Shown here: positions 1 to 9,228 of the stretch, in pieces
Layout of the letters: each line of letters starts with the position of its first letter
Numbering within the stretch: position 1 is the first letter of the stretch
Source: a virus
Lineage: Duplodnaviria; Caudoviricetes
Direction: 5' to 3' (one strand)
Length of the DNA stretch: 64,000 nucleotides
IMG/VR virus record: IMGVR_UViG_3300021400_001327
Coordinates: 32,001-96,000 of that record
The notes under the pieces: model-generated
What the model was told of the DNA's origin: nothing
Databases searched by the model: none
The model's input: only the letters and a program-made list of their open reading frames with translations
Made by a program: the position numbers and the translations under genes

Positions 1-688
1 CATAATTGCCAGTAGCCCTGGTTGTGCCGCCTTCGGCGTGGCTACCAGTACCAGTCGCCTGAGTAGAGGCGCCCTCAGCGTGGCTGTTTTCGCCAGTTGC
101 CTGCGTTGAGCCGCCCTCAGCATGGCTCCCGTCGCTGGTTGCAAGTGTTGCTGATCCCTCCGCGTGGCTCGACTCAGCCGATGCCTCAGACAAACGCCCC
201 TCTGCATGACTCGCATAGCCAGAAGCCGTCGTGCTCATTCCTTCTGCGTGACTATACGCGCCCGTCGCGGTGTTTCCGCCTGACGTATTGCCGTAATAGC
301 CCTCGACATGAGAGCCAGAGCCACTCCCGACATCATACGTCGACATTGTGACAGCCAAGACCTGGCTGGCCAAGAATGAATATGTGCCAGTACCGCTCCT
401 GTCAGGAGCTCTCCAGCGATACAGCGTGTTGTCACAGATAAACAGTTCGCCGTGCTTAATCGGTAAGTTGACCACGCCGCCGGTCGTTACGCGATTGGCG
501 GGTACGAAATACGAGCCAAGATCACCGGTCTCTGTCTGTAGGTCGGTGATAGCGGCCTCGGCGCTTGTCGTTCTTGTTTGCAGGTCAGAGACGGCGGTGT
601 CGCTGGCCGCGATGCCATCTTCCATCCTGTTGAGGTCGGCAGAGGTGATTTTATTCGCCTTCGCCCACGTCTTTTTATTGTATGACAT
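1..688 (-). CDS. Tail fibre / receptor-binding protein, runs off window start
   Basis: Not in ORF track. ATG at 688 after AGGAG. Hand translation gives MSYNKKTW..ITSADLNRMEDGI, then 14-aa SHAEG repeats (trimeric beta-roll type). Confidence 0.8.
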   Translation of the reverse strand, partial: MSYNKKTWAKANKITSADLNRMEDGIAASDTAVSDLQTRTTSAEAAITDLQTETGDLGSYFVPANRVTTGGVVNLPIKHGELFICDNTLYRWRAPDRSGTGTYSFLASQVLAVTMSTYDVGSGSGSHVEGYYGNTSGGNTATGAYSHAEGMSTTASGYASHAEGRLSEASAESSHAEGSATLATSDGSHAEGGSTQATGENSHAEGASTQATGTGSHAEGGTTRATGNY

Positions 689-698
689 ACGATCACTC

Positions 699-1904
699 CT
701 ATTCAGTTAATATTGAAACATCAGCGATAGCGAAGTCTGCCATCGGCGCGGGAGCGATTTCGCCATGATGTCCGTCCCACGTCACATCCCTCGAAAACCT
801 GATGTAATTTCTGCTGCCGATTTTCATCGAATCCCTGAACGTTTCCGACCGCGTGACCTTGGCCGCGATCAGGTCGTCCGCCATATTGATGAACGCATTC
901 TCGGCGATGCCGGTGATTTGTCCGTTGCCCTCGTTCTCGATATAGTCCTCGACGCCGAGCTTCAGGTATTGGTTGCCCCTGATATCCATCGTATTGATGG
1001 CCGCGATGGTGCCCTCTCTCGCAAACAGTGTGTCTACATCGATGTTTGCCGCGATCAGCTGTCTGATAATAGCACTGTCCGCGAAGATATCTTGCACGTT
1101 TAGCGTCCTCGCCGTGATACTGTTCTCGATCATCTTGACGTCGCCGTTAATGGTCTGGTCGGCGATTTTCCCGCCGGTGACTGCGAGGTCGTCGATATCA
1201 CTGGTGACAACATGTTTCTTCGTCGCAATGACTTTAGGGTTATCCCGGTCTGATTTTGGGTCGATACCAATAGAGTAGAACGCGCCGTCTGGCCCCTTGA
1301 CCATAAGCTCGCCGACAGACAGTGACACCATATTGGCTTCTGTAACGGCAAGGTCGGCCACATAAAGTTTTCCGTTGACGCCCTTGTGGATGATGCTGTT
1401 CTCGGCCACAAGGTCCTTCACGTTCGCCCATGTAATGTTCGCCCAGTCGATTTGCGTTGATCCGATTTTAGCGTTCGCGATTCGGGCGTCCGCAATATTG
1501 GCGGCATGTGCGTCGAGTTGGTCGACCTGCGCATAGTTGATAGTAGCATTTTCTATTTCTGCCTTCGCGATTCTGGCGACCTCGGCAGTCAGGTCTGTGA
1601 TTTGCGCCTTGTCTATTTGGGCGCTCCTGATAATCAGACCGACGTTCTCATCAAACCTGACGATTTGACTGATATCGATATTACTGTTAGCAATAGCGCT
1701 GACAATCACCTGATTGAGTCCGATGACGTCGCCTGCGTTCACGCTCGCCGCCATGCCGACGTTGATTTCGCCGCTGATTTGCGACGCGTCGATGGTGGCG
1801 TTCGATATCATGCTCTTCACGTTCGGGCTAATAATCTTCATACAGGTGGAGACGATTTGTTGGGCCAGCGCCTGTACGACGTCGCTGTAATTATCTGCCG
1901 CCAT
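699..1904 (-). CDS. Phage tail minor structural protein (IxxAxI repeats)
   Basis: Repetitive I-x-x-A-x-I pattern typical of phage tail/baseplate proteins; lies next to the fibre gene. Confidence 0.6.
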   Translation of the reverse strand: MAADNYSDVVQALAQQIVSTCMKIISPNVKSMISNATIDASQISGEINVGMAASVNAGDVIGLNQVIVSAIANSNIDISQIVRFDENVGLIIRSAQIDKAQITDLTAEVARIAKAEIENATINYAQVDQLDAHAANIADARIANAKIGSTQIDWANITWANVKDLVAENSIIHKGVNGKLYVADLAVTEANMVSLSVGELMVKGPDGAFYSIGIDPKSDRDNPKVIATKKHVVTSDIDDLAVTGGKIADQTINGDVKMIENSITARTLNVQDIFADSAIIRQLIAANIDVDTLFAREGTIAAINTMDIRGNQYLKLGVEDYIENEGNGQITGIAENAFINMADDLIAAKVTRSETFRDSMKIGSRNYIRFSRDVTWDGHHGEIAPAPMADFAIADVSILTE

Positions 1905-2409
1905 GCTCCATCGCCTCCGTCATTGCCCTGATATCGTACCGCTCGTTGACCTTTAGTAACCGCGTCGGTATCTTGTAGCCCATAAGTCTCGCGTCATCAT
2001 GGTTGATAGACTTTTTGTTTAGCGCATCGGTGTAGGTGATAAAGGCTGCGATGGGTATACACCACGTCTCTGCCGCGTTCCTGAAGTTGATGACAATACT
2101 TGGGTAAACACCCTTGAAGACCGCCGCCTCCTGCAATTCCTTTATCTGATGCTTCTTGATTTCAAAAGTGTGCTTTTTTCCGTCGTGCTCGAAGTCCTCG
2201 CGCCAAAACGTGATAGACATAGCTGTTGACTTGAGCTCGACGCAGTGCAGACCTGTTCCCGTATATATCAAACAGTCGAACGGGTTGGTCGGCGAATACT
2301 TGGATGCGCCGCCAGTCCACCCGACGGCTGGGTCTTTCAGTCTCAAATAATAGAAGTCGTCGGGGACGGACTTCTTGAAGTTCTGTTCAAATACTTTGCC
2401 TGTATTCAC
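1891..2409 (-). CDS. recU: Holliday junction resolvase, RecU family
   Basis: GKVFEQ..F, NPFDC, ELKST, IKKHQIKEL motifs; likely GTG start at 2409. Confidence 0.8.
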   Translation of the reverse strand: MNTGKVFEQNFKKSVPDDFYYLRLKDPAVGWTGGASKYSPTNPFDCLIYTGTGLHCVELKSTAMSITFWREDFEHDGKKHTFEIKKHQIKELQEAAVFKGVYPSIVINFRNAAETWCIPIAAFITYTDALNKKSINHDDARLMGYKIPTRLLKVNERYDIRAMTEAMEHGGR

Positions 2410-2432
2410 ACAAGCCCATCTCCTCTCATGCG

Positions 2433-2462
2433 AAAAGGAGGACTGCATTAGAACAGTCCTCC
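2433..2462 (-). terminator. Intrinsic terminator
   Basis: GGAGGACTG/CAGTCCTCC stem followed by TTTT on the minus strand. Confidence 0.6.
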
Positions 2463-2497
2463 TCAGATATATCTTCCGTTACATCAGAGGGGTCCTC

Positions 2498-3031
2498 TCA
2501 ATGTCTCTTTTTATGCCTATTGCTTCCGTAATGTTTATAGTTGTCACTCGCGTATCTTTTCGGCTGGGTGTTATTCTCTGTCCTCGCCTCGGTCGTGACC
2601 GACTCGGGCTGTTCCGACTTAACGTCCTTCTCGACGGCGATATAACCACTCGTCACAGGATAACGCGTCTCACCGGTCTCGCCGTCAACAACGGTATATC
2701 CGGCGTCCAGCGCGTTCTGCGACAAGTCGTCCACAACGACAGGAGTAGCCTCTTCCTCTTCCTCTTCTGGCTCGCCGATCAATTCAATAATCAGGTCGTA
2801 GGATGGGGAATCCTTCCATTTGTTGGCCTCAGCCTCTTCAAGGATTATTTTGATCTCATCCTCGGCCAGCATGCCGTTAGAGTATTTCCACAACGCGAAA
2901 TAAACATCATAATGCTCTGCGGTACACGCTACGGTGCGCCACGTCTTTCCAATCTTTTTATCACATGTGTCACACGCGAAATACGGTTTTCCACAAATGC
3001 GGCAAATATGGTTTGGCTCACCGTGTTTCAT
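2498..3031 (-). CDS. Hypothetical protein with N-terminal Cys motifs
   Basis: CRICG..CDTC..C; GGAGG RBS. Confidence 0.7.
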   Translation of the reverse strand: MKHGEPNHICRICGKPYFACDTCDKKIGKTWRTVACTAEHYDVYFALWKYSNGMLAEDEIKIILEEAEANKWKDSPSYDLIIELIGEPEEEEEEATPVVVDDLSQNALDAGYTVVDGETGETRYPVTSGYIAVEKDVKSEQPESVTTEARTENNTQPKRYASDNYKHYGSNRHKKRH

Positions 3032-3094
3032 ATCGCAAATCCTCCAGATAAGACCCGCCGCAATGACGATCCATCACGGCGGGAATAATGTCGA

Positions 3095-3738
3095 TTACTG
3101 CTCGGGTACAGTGACGGTGAACAGCTTCTTCTCGTGGTCGCAGTAGTCCTGCATGCAGCGCAGCGTGAAGGGATGCTGACCATCGGTGGTGAAGTCAACG
3201 TCGAACTCAGAGCTCAGCTTCGCAGCCGGGAAGTCGACATAGGCATAGTACTTGGTGGTGATATCGCAGGTGTCGTGGCCGAGGACCTCAAGCAGGAAGC
3301 GGCCAGCATCCGGGAAGTTGATGGCGTCCGCCACAGCCTGCACAGCGCCGTTGCCATCAGTGCCATCGGCGGTGTAGGTGTAGAAGGCCAGCACCTTGGT
3401 GTCCACAGTCACATTGGTGGGCGGGGTGATGGTCTTGGTCGCCGCGTTCACAGAGAACACATTAGCACCGGCAGAAGCCGCAACTTCGTACTTGGTGCCG
3501 AGGGTGCCGTCGGGGTTCACGACGTACAGATAGGGAACTTCCGCACCGGCGGTGCCAATCGGGATATGCTTCAGCTGAACGGTCACGCCGTTCTTGATGG
3601 TGAGCTCTTCGGAGACGGTAACGTCAATGGTAGCATTGGCGGCAGCCGTCTTCTTCTGAGTACCAGACTGAGCGGCCAGCAGGCCAAGGTCAAACAGCGC
3701 GTTGGCGGCGCTGAACTCACACTGCTTATTGCGCTCAA
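3095..3738 (-). CDS. Major tail protein, exon 2
   Basis: Spliced frame reads ..IGVPIMT-F-ERNKQCEF.., 271 aa total; strongly biased codons; position in the tail module. Confidence 0.75.
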
Positions 3739-4120
3739 CTTTTTGTTGTGCCATGCTCGCTACACATGACAGGCTGATTACTCAGCGCCTTGTACTTTCG
3801 CACAAGAACAGACTATATCTTCTCCCGCTTTGGGAGTGCATTACTTCGACCGTCAATCGCTTACGGTCTACTCCATATAGGATAGTCGTTGAACCTTCCT
3901 GTTTCCAGACTCGGCTGCTGATTGTCCATTGTTTGGCGTTTAGGTTTTACCCATGCGTCATACATACACTTTTTTCTGCTTTCGCTCTATTACGTTTGCG
4001 TTTCTCTCTATCGCTCCGTTTTAGCAGTATGTCTTTAGGATGTCCCAGCAATTCTATGCATCAATTATTACGCCGCTTTCGCGACGCCGACGCTCTGTTG
4101 CGCGTTGGGTTACGCTAACC
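3739..4120 (-). ncRNA. Group I intron (382 nt, no ORF) in major tail gene
   Basis: Minus strand has core elements GAATTGCTGGGA, AATCAGCAGCC, GTTCAACGACTA and AAGATATAGTC. Exon ends in U (4121), intron ends in G (3739), and removal restores the frame. Confidence 0.9.
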
Positions 4121-4292
4121 ACGTCATGATCGGTACACCGATAGCGTCAACAGCATCTTCGGAGTCCGCAGTCATGCTGAGGGACGGGTCGGTGATCTGG
4201 GTCAGAGTCCAGAGCAGATCAAAGGTACCCTTCTTGAACATCGTGCCACGGATGGCGCGATCAATAACAAAAGAAGAAATATCAAATGCCAT
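4121..4292 (-). CDS. Major tail protein, exon 1
   Basis: MAFDISSFVIDR.. with AAAGGA RBS; joins exon 2 in frame after splicing. Confidence 0.75.
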
Positions 4293-4323
4293 AGTGATTC
4301 ATCCTTTCTATAAATTTGCTAAC

Positions 4324-4348
4324 AAAAAAGCGCCGGTATCCCAGCGCT
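4324..4348 (-). terminator. Intrinsic terminator
   Basis: AGCGCTGG/CCGGCGCT stem followed by a T-run. Confidence 0.55.
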
Positions 4349-4361
4349 GTTGTCGCCCTTA

Positions 4362-5141
4362 TCAGGCTTTGCCATCGTACAGGTCTCTCAGCCCGTCCAG
4401 ATACTTCTTCTGTATCTTGTCCGGGTTGAGCTTTCCGGCATAAATGCCGTTGAGCAACAGGTTCGACGAGTTGATCGTGCAGATACGTCTGACGCTGTCA
4501 AAGAACGGGAAGATATGCATGTCGTTCATCTCATTGACGCCGGTCTTGCTTCCTCCGCTGTTCGCGAGGAAGGAAGCCAGCGGCATCAGGGTAGACTTAT
4601 ACGGCTTATCTCTCATCCTTGTCTTCAGCATTCTGTCCTCTTCCACCATGAATCGACGTGTGGTCATATTGCCCGCGAACTCCGGCGTCTTCTTGATGCC
4701 GTGTATCGTCGATACATAGTTGAAGATGTGACTATACAGCCACACATCTATTTTCAGACCGGTGTCCGGGTCATACATACAGTAGGTATCATTGGTCACC
4801 TGCTTGTACCAGCCGAACTTCGTGAAGTCGATATCGCCAAACAGTATGCGTGTGCGCTCGACTGGCTGGCCGACCATGCACTGCTTGAACATCTCAAAGT
4901 CCTGCACGTCGCCCCAGTACACGCCGTTGTCGGCGAGCTCGCACTTCATGTCTGACGGGATGATGGTGACCATGTTCACAAGTCCCCAGTAATCCCGCTC
5001 GCCATAGTTGACGATTTCCCCCACAGTCGGTTGATGAATCGTTATCCGGTCGTTGACTTTATAATCCCGTCCAAAGTACGCGGCTGCATAATCGATAGGT
5101 TCAACGGGCAGTCTATCTGACGAGCGCGTCTCCATAGACAT
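4362..5141 (-). CDS. Hypothetical protein (morphogenesis region)
   Basis: Long ORF overlapping its neighbours in the structural operon. Confidence 0.75.
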   Translation of the reverse strand: MSMETRSSDRLPVEPIDYAAAYFGRDYKVNDRITIHQPTVGEIVNYGERDYWGLVNMVTIIPSDMKCELADNGVYWGDVQDFEMFKQCMVGQPVERTRILFGDIDFTKFGWYKQVTNDTYCMYDPDTGLKIDVWLYSHIFNYVSTIHGIKKTPEFAGNMTTRRFMVEEDRMLKTRMRDKPYKSTLMPLASFLANSGGSKTGVNEMNDMHIFPFFDSVRRICTINSSNLLLNGIYAGKLNPDKIQKKYLDGLRDLYDGKA

Positions 5142-5604
5142 TCCATCCCTTTATCCTGTACACCATGTCCTTTGTCCGGTGATCAGATGAGAACACGATT
5201 CTGTACCCCTCCCTCGGCTCACATTTCTGAAAGCCCATATCGGTAGAGTTGTTGATCAGCGCGTCGATGCGCGAGCACAGAAGGTCGCGGCGTATTTGTC
5301 CGCGCCCGTCCTCGTCGATGAAGTTCATATAGTTTTTGTGTACGCTGACATAAATATGAAGATCAAAGTTTCTTGCCGTGGGACTCGTAGCATACTGCTC
5401 GTCGATCTCAATACAGATCATAGCCTTGGCTTCTTTGACCGTTTCATCAATGTAATCATACAGAAATACGTTCTTGCCAATAAGGTCTGCGGCGGGAAGC
5501 TTGTGTCCCTTCTCTCCAGTCAGGAGCTCGACACACATCTCATCCCTCACGATCAGATTAGCAAGCCGTCTCTTAAATTCCGTAAACTCGCTCAGAAAAG
5601 GCAT
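5113..5604 (-). CDS. Putative tail completion/terminator protein
   Basis: Position upstream of the tail gene; R.D.LC..ID.L.N pattern; ATG 5604 after GGAGG. Confidence 0.5.
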   Translation of the reverse strand: MPFLSEFTEFKRRLANLIVRDEMCVELLTGEKGHKLPAADLIGKNVFLYDYIDETVKEAKAMICIEIDEQYATSPTARNFDLHIYVSVHKNYMNFIDEDGRGQIRRDLLCSRIDALINNSTDMGFQKCEPREGYRIVFSSDHRTKDMVYRIKGWNVYGDALVR

Positions 5605-5615
5605 ATATCCTCCTG

Positions 5616-6401
5616 TCAAGCCATGTCTATCCAGCCACCGCCATCACTCTCTGGGATATCCTCCGGCGAGTCATAGCCTTGGTTGATACCATGCTTCTCT
5701 ATCCATTTACTGTTATCCGCTATCATGTTTTCGACATCATCTGTCTGTAAAAGCTCGTCCTCAACCGCCATCAGGCGCACCAGCCCATATCCGTCCCAAT
5801 GGTCATTTTCTGTATCGACCTGGGACACCTTCCACGCCGTAGGGTGATAGGTGTTCCTGTCGTGCAGGAAACGGTAGTCATTATCAAAGAGGATAGTCTC
5901 CTCGTTCGCGGGGAAGTAGTACAGCCTCTGGGACGACACGTTGACCATATAGTCGGTCGACCGTTCGCCGGAGTTGTACTGCGTCGCGTTATGTACGACC
6001 ACGGGATAGCGCACGGGCTTGAACGTTTTGAGTGATGTGAAGTTCAGGAAGGAGTTGCAGTAGTACAGGATGCCCTTGCTGTACAGTCGGTTGTCGTCGA
6101 TCAATGAAATAACCAACCACCACCGCCCGTCGATCAGCAGGAGGTCGCCGCACTGTATCATCCCGATGGGTGTCAGTATCTGACGCTCCTTCATCTTGTT
6201 ATAACTGTTCTCCACCTGATCCAGCACCATCGCCCTGATGGCGTGAGGCTCATTGTACGGACTGTTCCCGTATACGTTCACCGTGCGGGCAAAATCTGTG
6301 CTCAGGATACTGTTTTCAAAGGCGTATCGCCAGTCCCTGAACTCATCATTCTCATACCCGCCCAGCACGTCTGCTTCCATTAGATACCATTCTGCGGCCA
6401 T
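5616..6401 (-). CDS. Putative head-tail joining protein
   Basis: GD.L.IDG..WLV pattern; position; ATG 6401 after GAGGTG. Confidence 0.5.
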   Translation of the reverse strand: MAAEWYLMEADVLGGYENDEFRDWRYAFENSILSTDFARTVNVYGNSPYNEPHAIRAMVLDQVENSYNKMKERQILTPIGMIQCGDLLLIDGRWWLVISLIDDNRLYSKGILYYCNSFLNFTSLKTFKPVRYPVVVHNATQYNSGERSTDYMVNVSSQRLYYFPANEETILFDNDYRFLHDRNTYHPTAWKVSQVDTENDHWDGYGLVRLMAVEDELLQTDDVENMIADNSKWIEKHGINQGYDSPEDIPESDGGGWIDMA

Positions 6402-6411
6402 CGGTATCACC

Positions 6412-6810
6412 TCAGTCCCCGTACCAAGACGTCTTCTGTTTGTTGATAAAGTCCGCCGCCGCGTTTCTGGCCTCAAGAAGCTCGTTGTATGTGTACTTCT
6501 TTGTCTCGCCGTTACCGTTCAGCTTGATGTCGTTTGTGATGATATTGTTGATCTTATTCACACGGCTGAGTTCGCGCTCAACATACATCACCTGCATGAG
6601 CCGCGCCATCGTATGAAGCACCACGTACGGTGTCTCGTCGTCGAAGGCGCCGGTCCTCATATTGAAGTGATTATTACCGATTTCGAGCTCATACTGCGCG
6701 AGCGCCTGATTGAACCACATGTCCTCAAGCCCCTCCGGCAGTTTCGTCCTCTCGCGAATCAGCGTGTGGAATGACTCGATCACATCGGTCTTTGTGAACA
6801 AGATAACCAC
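6412..6810 (-). CDS. Putative head-tail adaptor
   Basis: Size and position downstream of the capsid gene. Confidence 0.45.
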   Translation of the reverse strand: MVILFTKTDVIESFHTLIRERTKLPEGLEDMWFNQALAQYELEIGNNHFNMRTGAFDDETPYVVLHTMARLMQVMYVERELSRVNKINNIITNDIKLNGNGETKKYTYNELLEARNAAADFINKQKTSWYGD

Positions 6811-6819
6811 CTCTTAAGT

Positions 6820-7272
6820 TTAGTCGAGTCTGGCCGAAGCCATATTCTCAATATACCGAATCTTGGCGTAATCATTCACGCCTTTGCGCTTGATATAGTC
6901 CAGGATTCGATGTACCTCATGCGGGTACCTCAGGAAATCAGCAATGTGCTTCTCGAATGTGGTCTGCGTTTTGTACTCGAAGACCTTATCGAGAAAGGCG
7001 TCGGTCGGTACCTTCTGATCGTCTGGAATCTGAAACTGGTCTCGCAGTTCCTTGTCCTGAATGATGATCCTTGCGTGAGCGCCATGCCCGTCGTAGCCGA
7101 CGAACATCTCATTTTTGTTATAGCACTGCTGCTCGACTTCATCCCTTTCAAGGGAGATGGTCGCCCCGGCGGCGATACCAATATCGCCAGCGTTCAGCAG
7201 GCGCTTGAAATGTACAGGCCACGGTGCCAGATTTGTGACATTAACCCTCGTGGGTTTCTGATTCTCCGCCAT
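6820..7272 (-). CDS. Hypothetical virion-region protein
   Basis: ORF with GGAGG RBS. Confidence 0.7.
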   Translation of the reverse strand: MAENQKPTRVNVTNLAPWPVHFKRLLNAGDIGIAAGATISLERDEVEQQCYNKNEMFVGYDGHGAHARIIIQDKELRDQFQIPDDQKVPTDAFLDKVFEYKTQTTFEKHIADFLRYPHEVHRILDYIKRKGVNDYAKIRYIENMASARLD

Positions 7273-7558
7273 TTGCTGTTTCCTCCATTACCTTATTTAC
7301 GGCGTGGTCAAGACGGTCGATGTTCTGCATGATGTAACGCAGCTTCTCCACGGGAGCCCATCTCGCCCACTTAAACAAACCCCATTCGACCAGCGCTTTT
7401 GTCAGCGCCTCGCCCTTCACGAACACCCAGTACGGTTTCCCGCTTACCTGATTCTTGCCCTTACTCTCGTAGTCTAGACCACAGGCTTTCAGGAAGTGCA
7501 TCATGACAGCCGAATAACAGTAGAACAGGGTTTCCTCTCTCACATTCTTCGGTTCCAT
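7241..7558 (-). CDS. Hypothetical protein (DUF5659-like)
   Basis: FYCYS..FLK..G..Y..G...YWVF pattern, recalled from small phage proteins. Confidence 0.5.
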   Translation of the reverse strand: MEPKNVREETLFYCYSAVMMHFLKACGLDYESKGKNQVSGKPYWVFVKGEALTKALVEWGLFKWARWAPVEKLRYIMQNIDRLDHAVNKVMEETANGGESETHEG

Positions 7559-7566
7559 GTTTCATT

Positions 7567-7590
7567 AAAGGGGCGGGAAGCCCCGCCCCA
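7567..7590 (-). terminator. Terminator-like hairpin after capsid gene
   Basis: GGGGCGGG/CCCGCCCC stem followed by TTT. Confidence 0.6.
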
Positions 7591-7611
7591 TCCTCCTCAT
7601 TCTATGTCAGA

Positions 7612-8724
7612 TTACAGTGCCATACTCGCAGCAGGAGTGATGCTGGTGTCGTTCAGCATACCAATCTTATACTCCTGGCCCTTGGCAACGTCAGCCGCGA
7701 TGGTCAGGTCGTAGCGGGTCATCAGACGACCGGTGCTCACATCGTTGCCGCTGAAGGAGGTGATGCCGCCGACCGTCCAGGTCGCGATCGGGGAATCGAC
7801 GCCATTCGGCAGGACATACACAATGCCCTCGGGAGACAGGACTTCAAAGTCCGTGCCAGCCGCGTTCATCTTGCCGAAGTCATAAGCCATCGGGATCTCA
7901 CGGATGATAGAGCCGTTGTAGTAGCCCAGCAGGCCGGTGCGACGGATCTCTTCCATCGCGGCGTCACTGATGTTCAGGAAGGGAGTCGCCTGGTTGTTGC
8001 TGTAGGGAGCGAAGTCATTAATCTGGGAGACAGTGGCGTACGCGCCCAGGATGGTGGTCTGACCGAACTTGCGGACAGCCTTCACAACACCGTCGAGACC
8101 GCTCTTGGTGATGCTGGAGTCTTCAGCGAAGTACTTCACGCCGTTCGCGTTCTTGATAGCGTTGTAGACCTTCTTGACGACATAGTCTGTCGCCTTGTTG
8201 ATCATTTCGCTGTGAATGCGCTGGATGGCCGCGTTCTCACGAGTCATGTCGCCCATCGACAGCGTGCGATAGTCCACCTGATAACCGGCGGAGATGTTGA
8301 TGGGCTGCACGAGGTAGCGCTCGGCAGTCGTCACGGGGAAGCGGACAGTGCCGTTCAGAGCCTGCACACGGGCGGTGTCAGTCGACACGCCCCAGACTTC
8401 GCGCTCGACGGTCTCGTTCGCGCCAAGAGACTGATAAGAGCCGAAGATGCTCAGAAGCTGCATTTCCTGCATCGCCACGGGGTTGATGACTTCGCGGCGA
8501 ATCTGGTTGAGTTCAGAGACAGAAGCGATGTCGCCTTCAGCGGCCTTGCTCGCGAGGTTCTTGATGTACTCAACAGCGCGATCGGCGACCTTGCTGTCGG
8601 CATAGCGGGGCAGTTCCCTGCCGTTGACCATCGCGGAGAACACTTCAACCACAGGGGAAGTGCTCTTGATCTTGGGATTCTCAACGTCACGATGGGCGTT
8701 GTTCATTTCAAAAGAGTAATTCAT
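7612..8724 (-). CDS. Major capsid protein
   Basis: 370 aa, strong codon bias, strong RBS, follows portal-scaffold-decoration genes, followed by a hairpin. Confidence 0.75.
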   Translation of the reverse strand: MNYSFEMNNAHRDVENPKIKSTSPVVEVFSAMVNGRELPRYADSKVADRAVEYIKNLASKAAEGDIASVSELNQIRREVINPVAMQEMQLLSIFGSYQSLGANETVEREVWGVSTDTARVQALNGTVRFPVTTAERYLVQPINISAGYQVDYRTLSMGDMTRENAAIQRIHSEMINKATDYVVKKVYNAIKNANGVKYFAEDSSITKSGLDGVVKAVRKFGQTTILGAYATVSQINDFAPYSNNQATPFLNISDAAMEEIRRTGLLGYYNGSIIREIPMAYDFGKMNAAGTDFEVLSPEGIVYVLPNGVDSPIATWTVGGITSFSGNDVSTGRLMTRYDLTIAADVAKGQEYKIGMLNDTSITPAASMAL

Positions 8725-8753
8725 AACTCATTCTCTCCTTTCTTCAGTAATCA

Positions 8754-9203
8754 TCAGTCCGCAGCCTTAACGACCTTGACACGGACGCCGGGGACAGCGC
8801 CGACCATGATCTTGTCGATGACCTTGAAGGTCACGGCGGTAGCCACGCCAGACTTGCTCAGCTTGCCATTGGCGTCAGCCTTCAGGGTGTCGCCAACAGC
8901 GATAGCGGACATGTCGCCAGCGATGTTGGACTTAGTCGCGAGCATTTCGCGGCCATTCCACGCGGCCAGGTCATACAGGTTCAGGGGAGAACCGGCGGGG
9001 ATAACAGCGCCCTCGAGATTCTGGTCATCGCCCAGAAGGTCATTGATGGCCACGTACAGTTCAGTGGCGGAGGCGCTGGGAGCGGCGATAGCGCCATCAT
9101 CGATAGTGCAGATGTACCCGTTCGGGACATCGTTCGCGGCTTTCAGCGTGGGGAAGTTACGAGCGCTATGCTCAATAGACTCGATTTCATGCCATACAAA
9201 CAT
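8754..9203 (-). CDS. Putative capsid decoration protein
   Basis: Small beta-rich ORF (VGDTL..DANGKL) immediately before the capsid gene. Confidence 0.55.
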   Translation of the reverse strand: MFVWHEIESIEHSARNFPTLKAANDVPNGYICTIDDGAIAAPSASATELYVAINDLLGDDQNLEGAVIPAGSPLNLYDLAAWNGREMLATKSNIAGDMSAIAVGDTLKADANGKLSKSGVATAVTFKVIDKIMVGAVPGVRVKVVKAAD

Positions 9204-9228
9204 ATCGTTTCACCATTCCTTTCGTAGA

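Noticed and set aside
1-688. Diversity-generating retroelement acting on the fibre gene
   Set aside because: No reverse transcriptase or TR/VR pair in the window; the repeats are protein-level SHAEG units.
487-696. Listed 69-aa ORF as the gene after 699-1904
   Set aside because: Wrong frame; the real gene starts at 688 and runs off the window.
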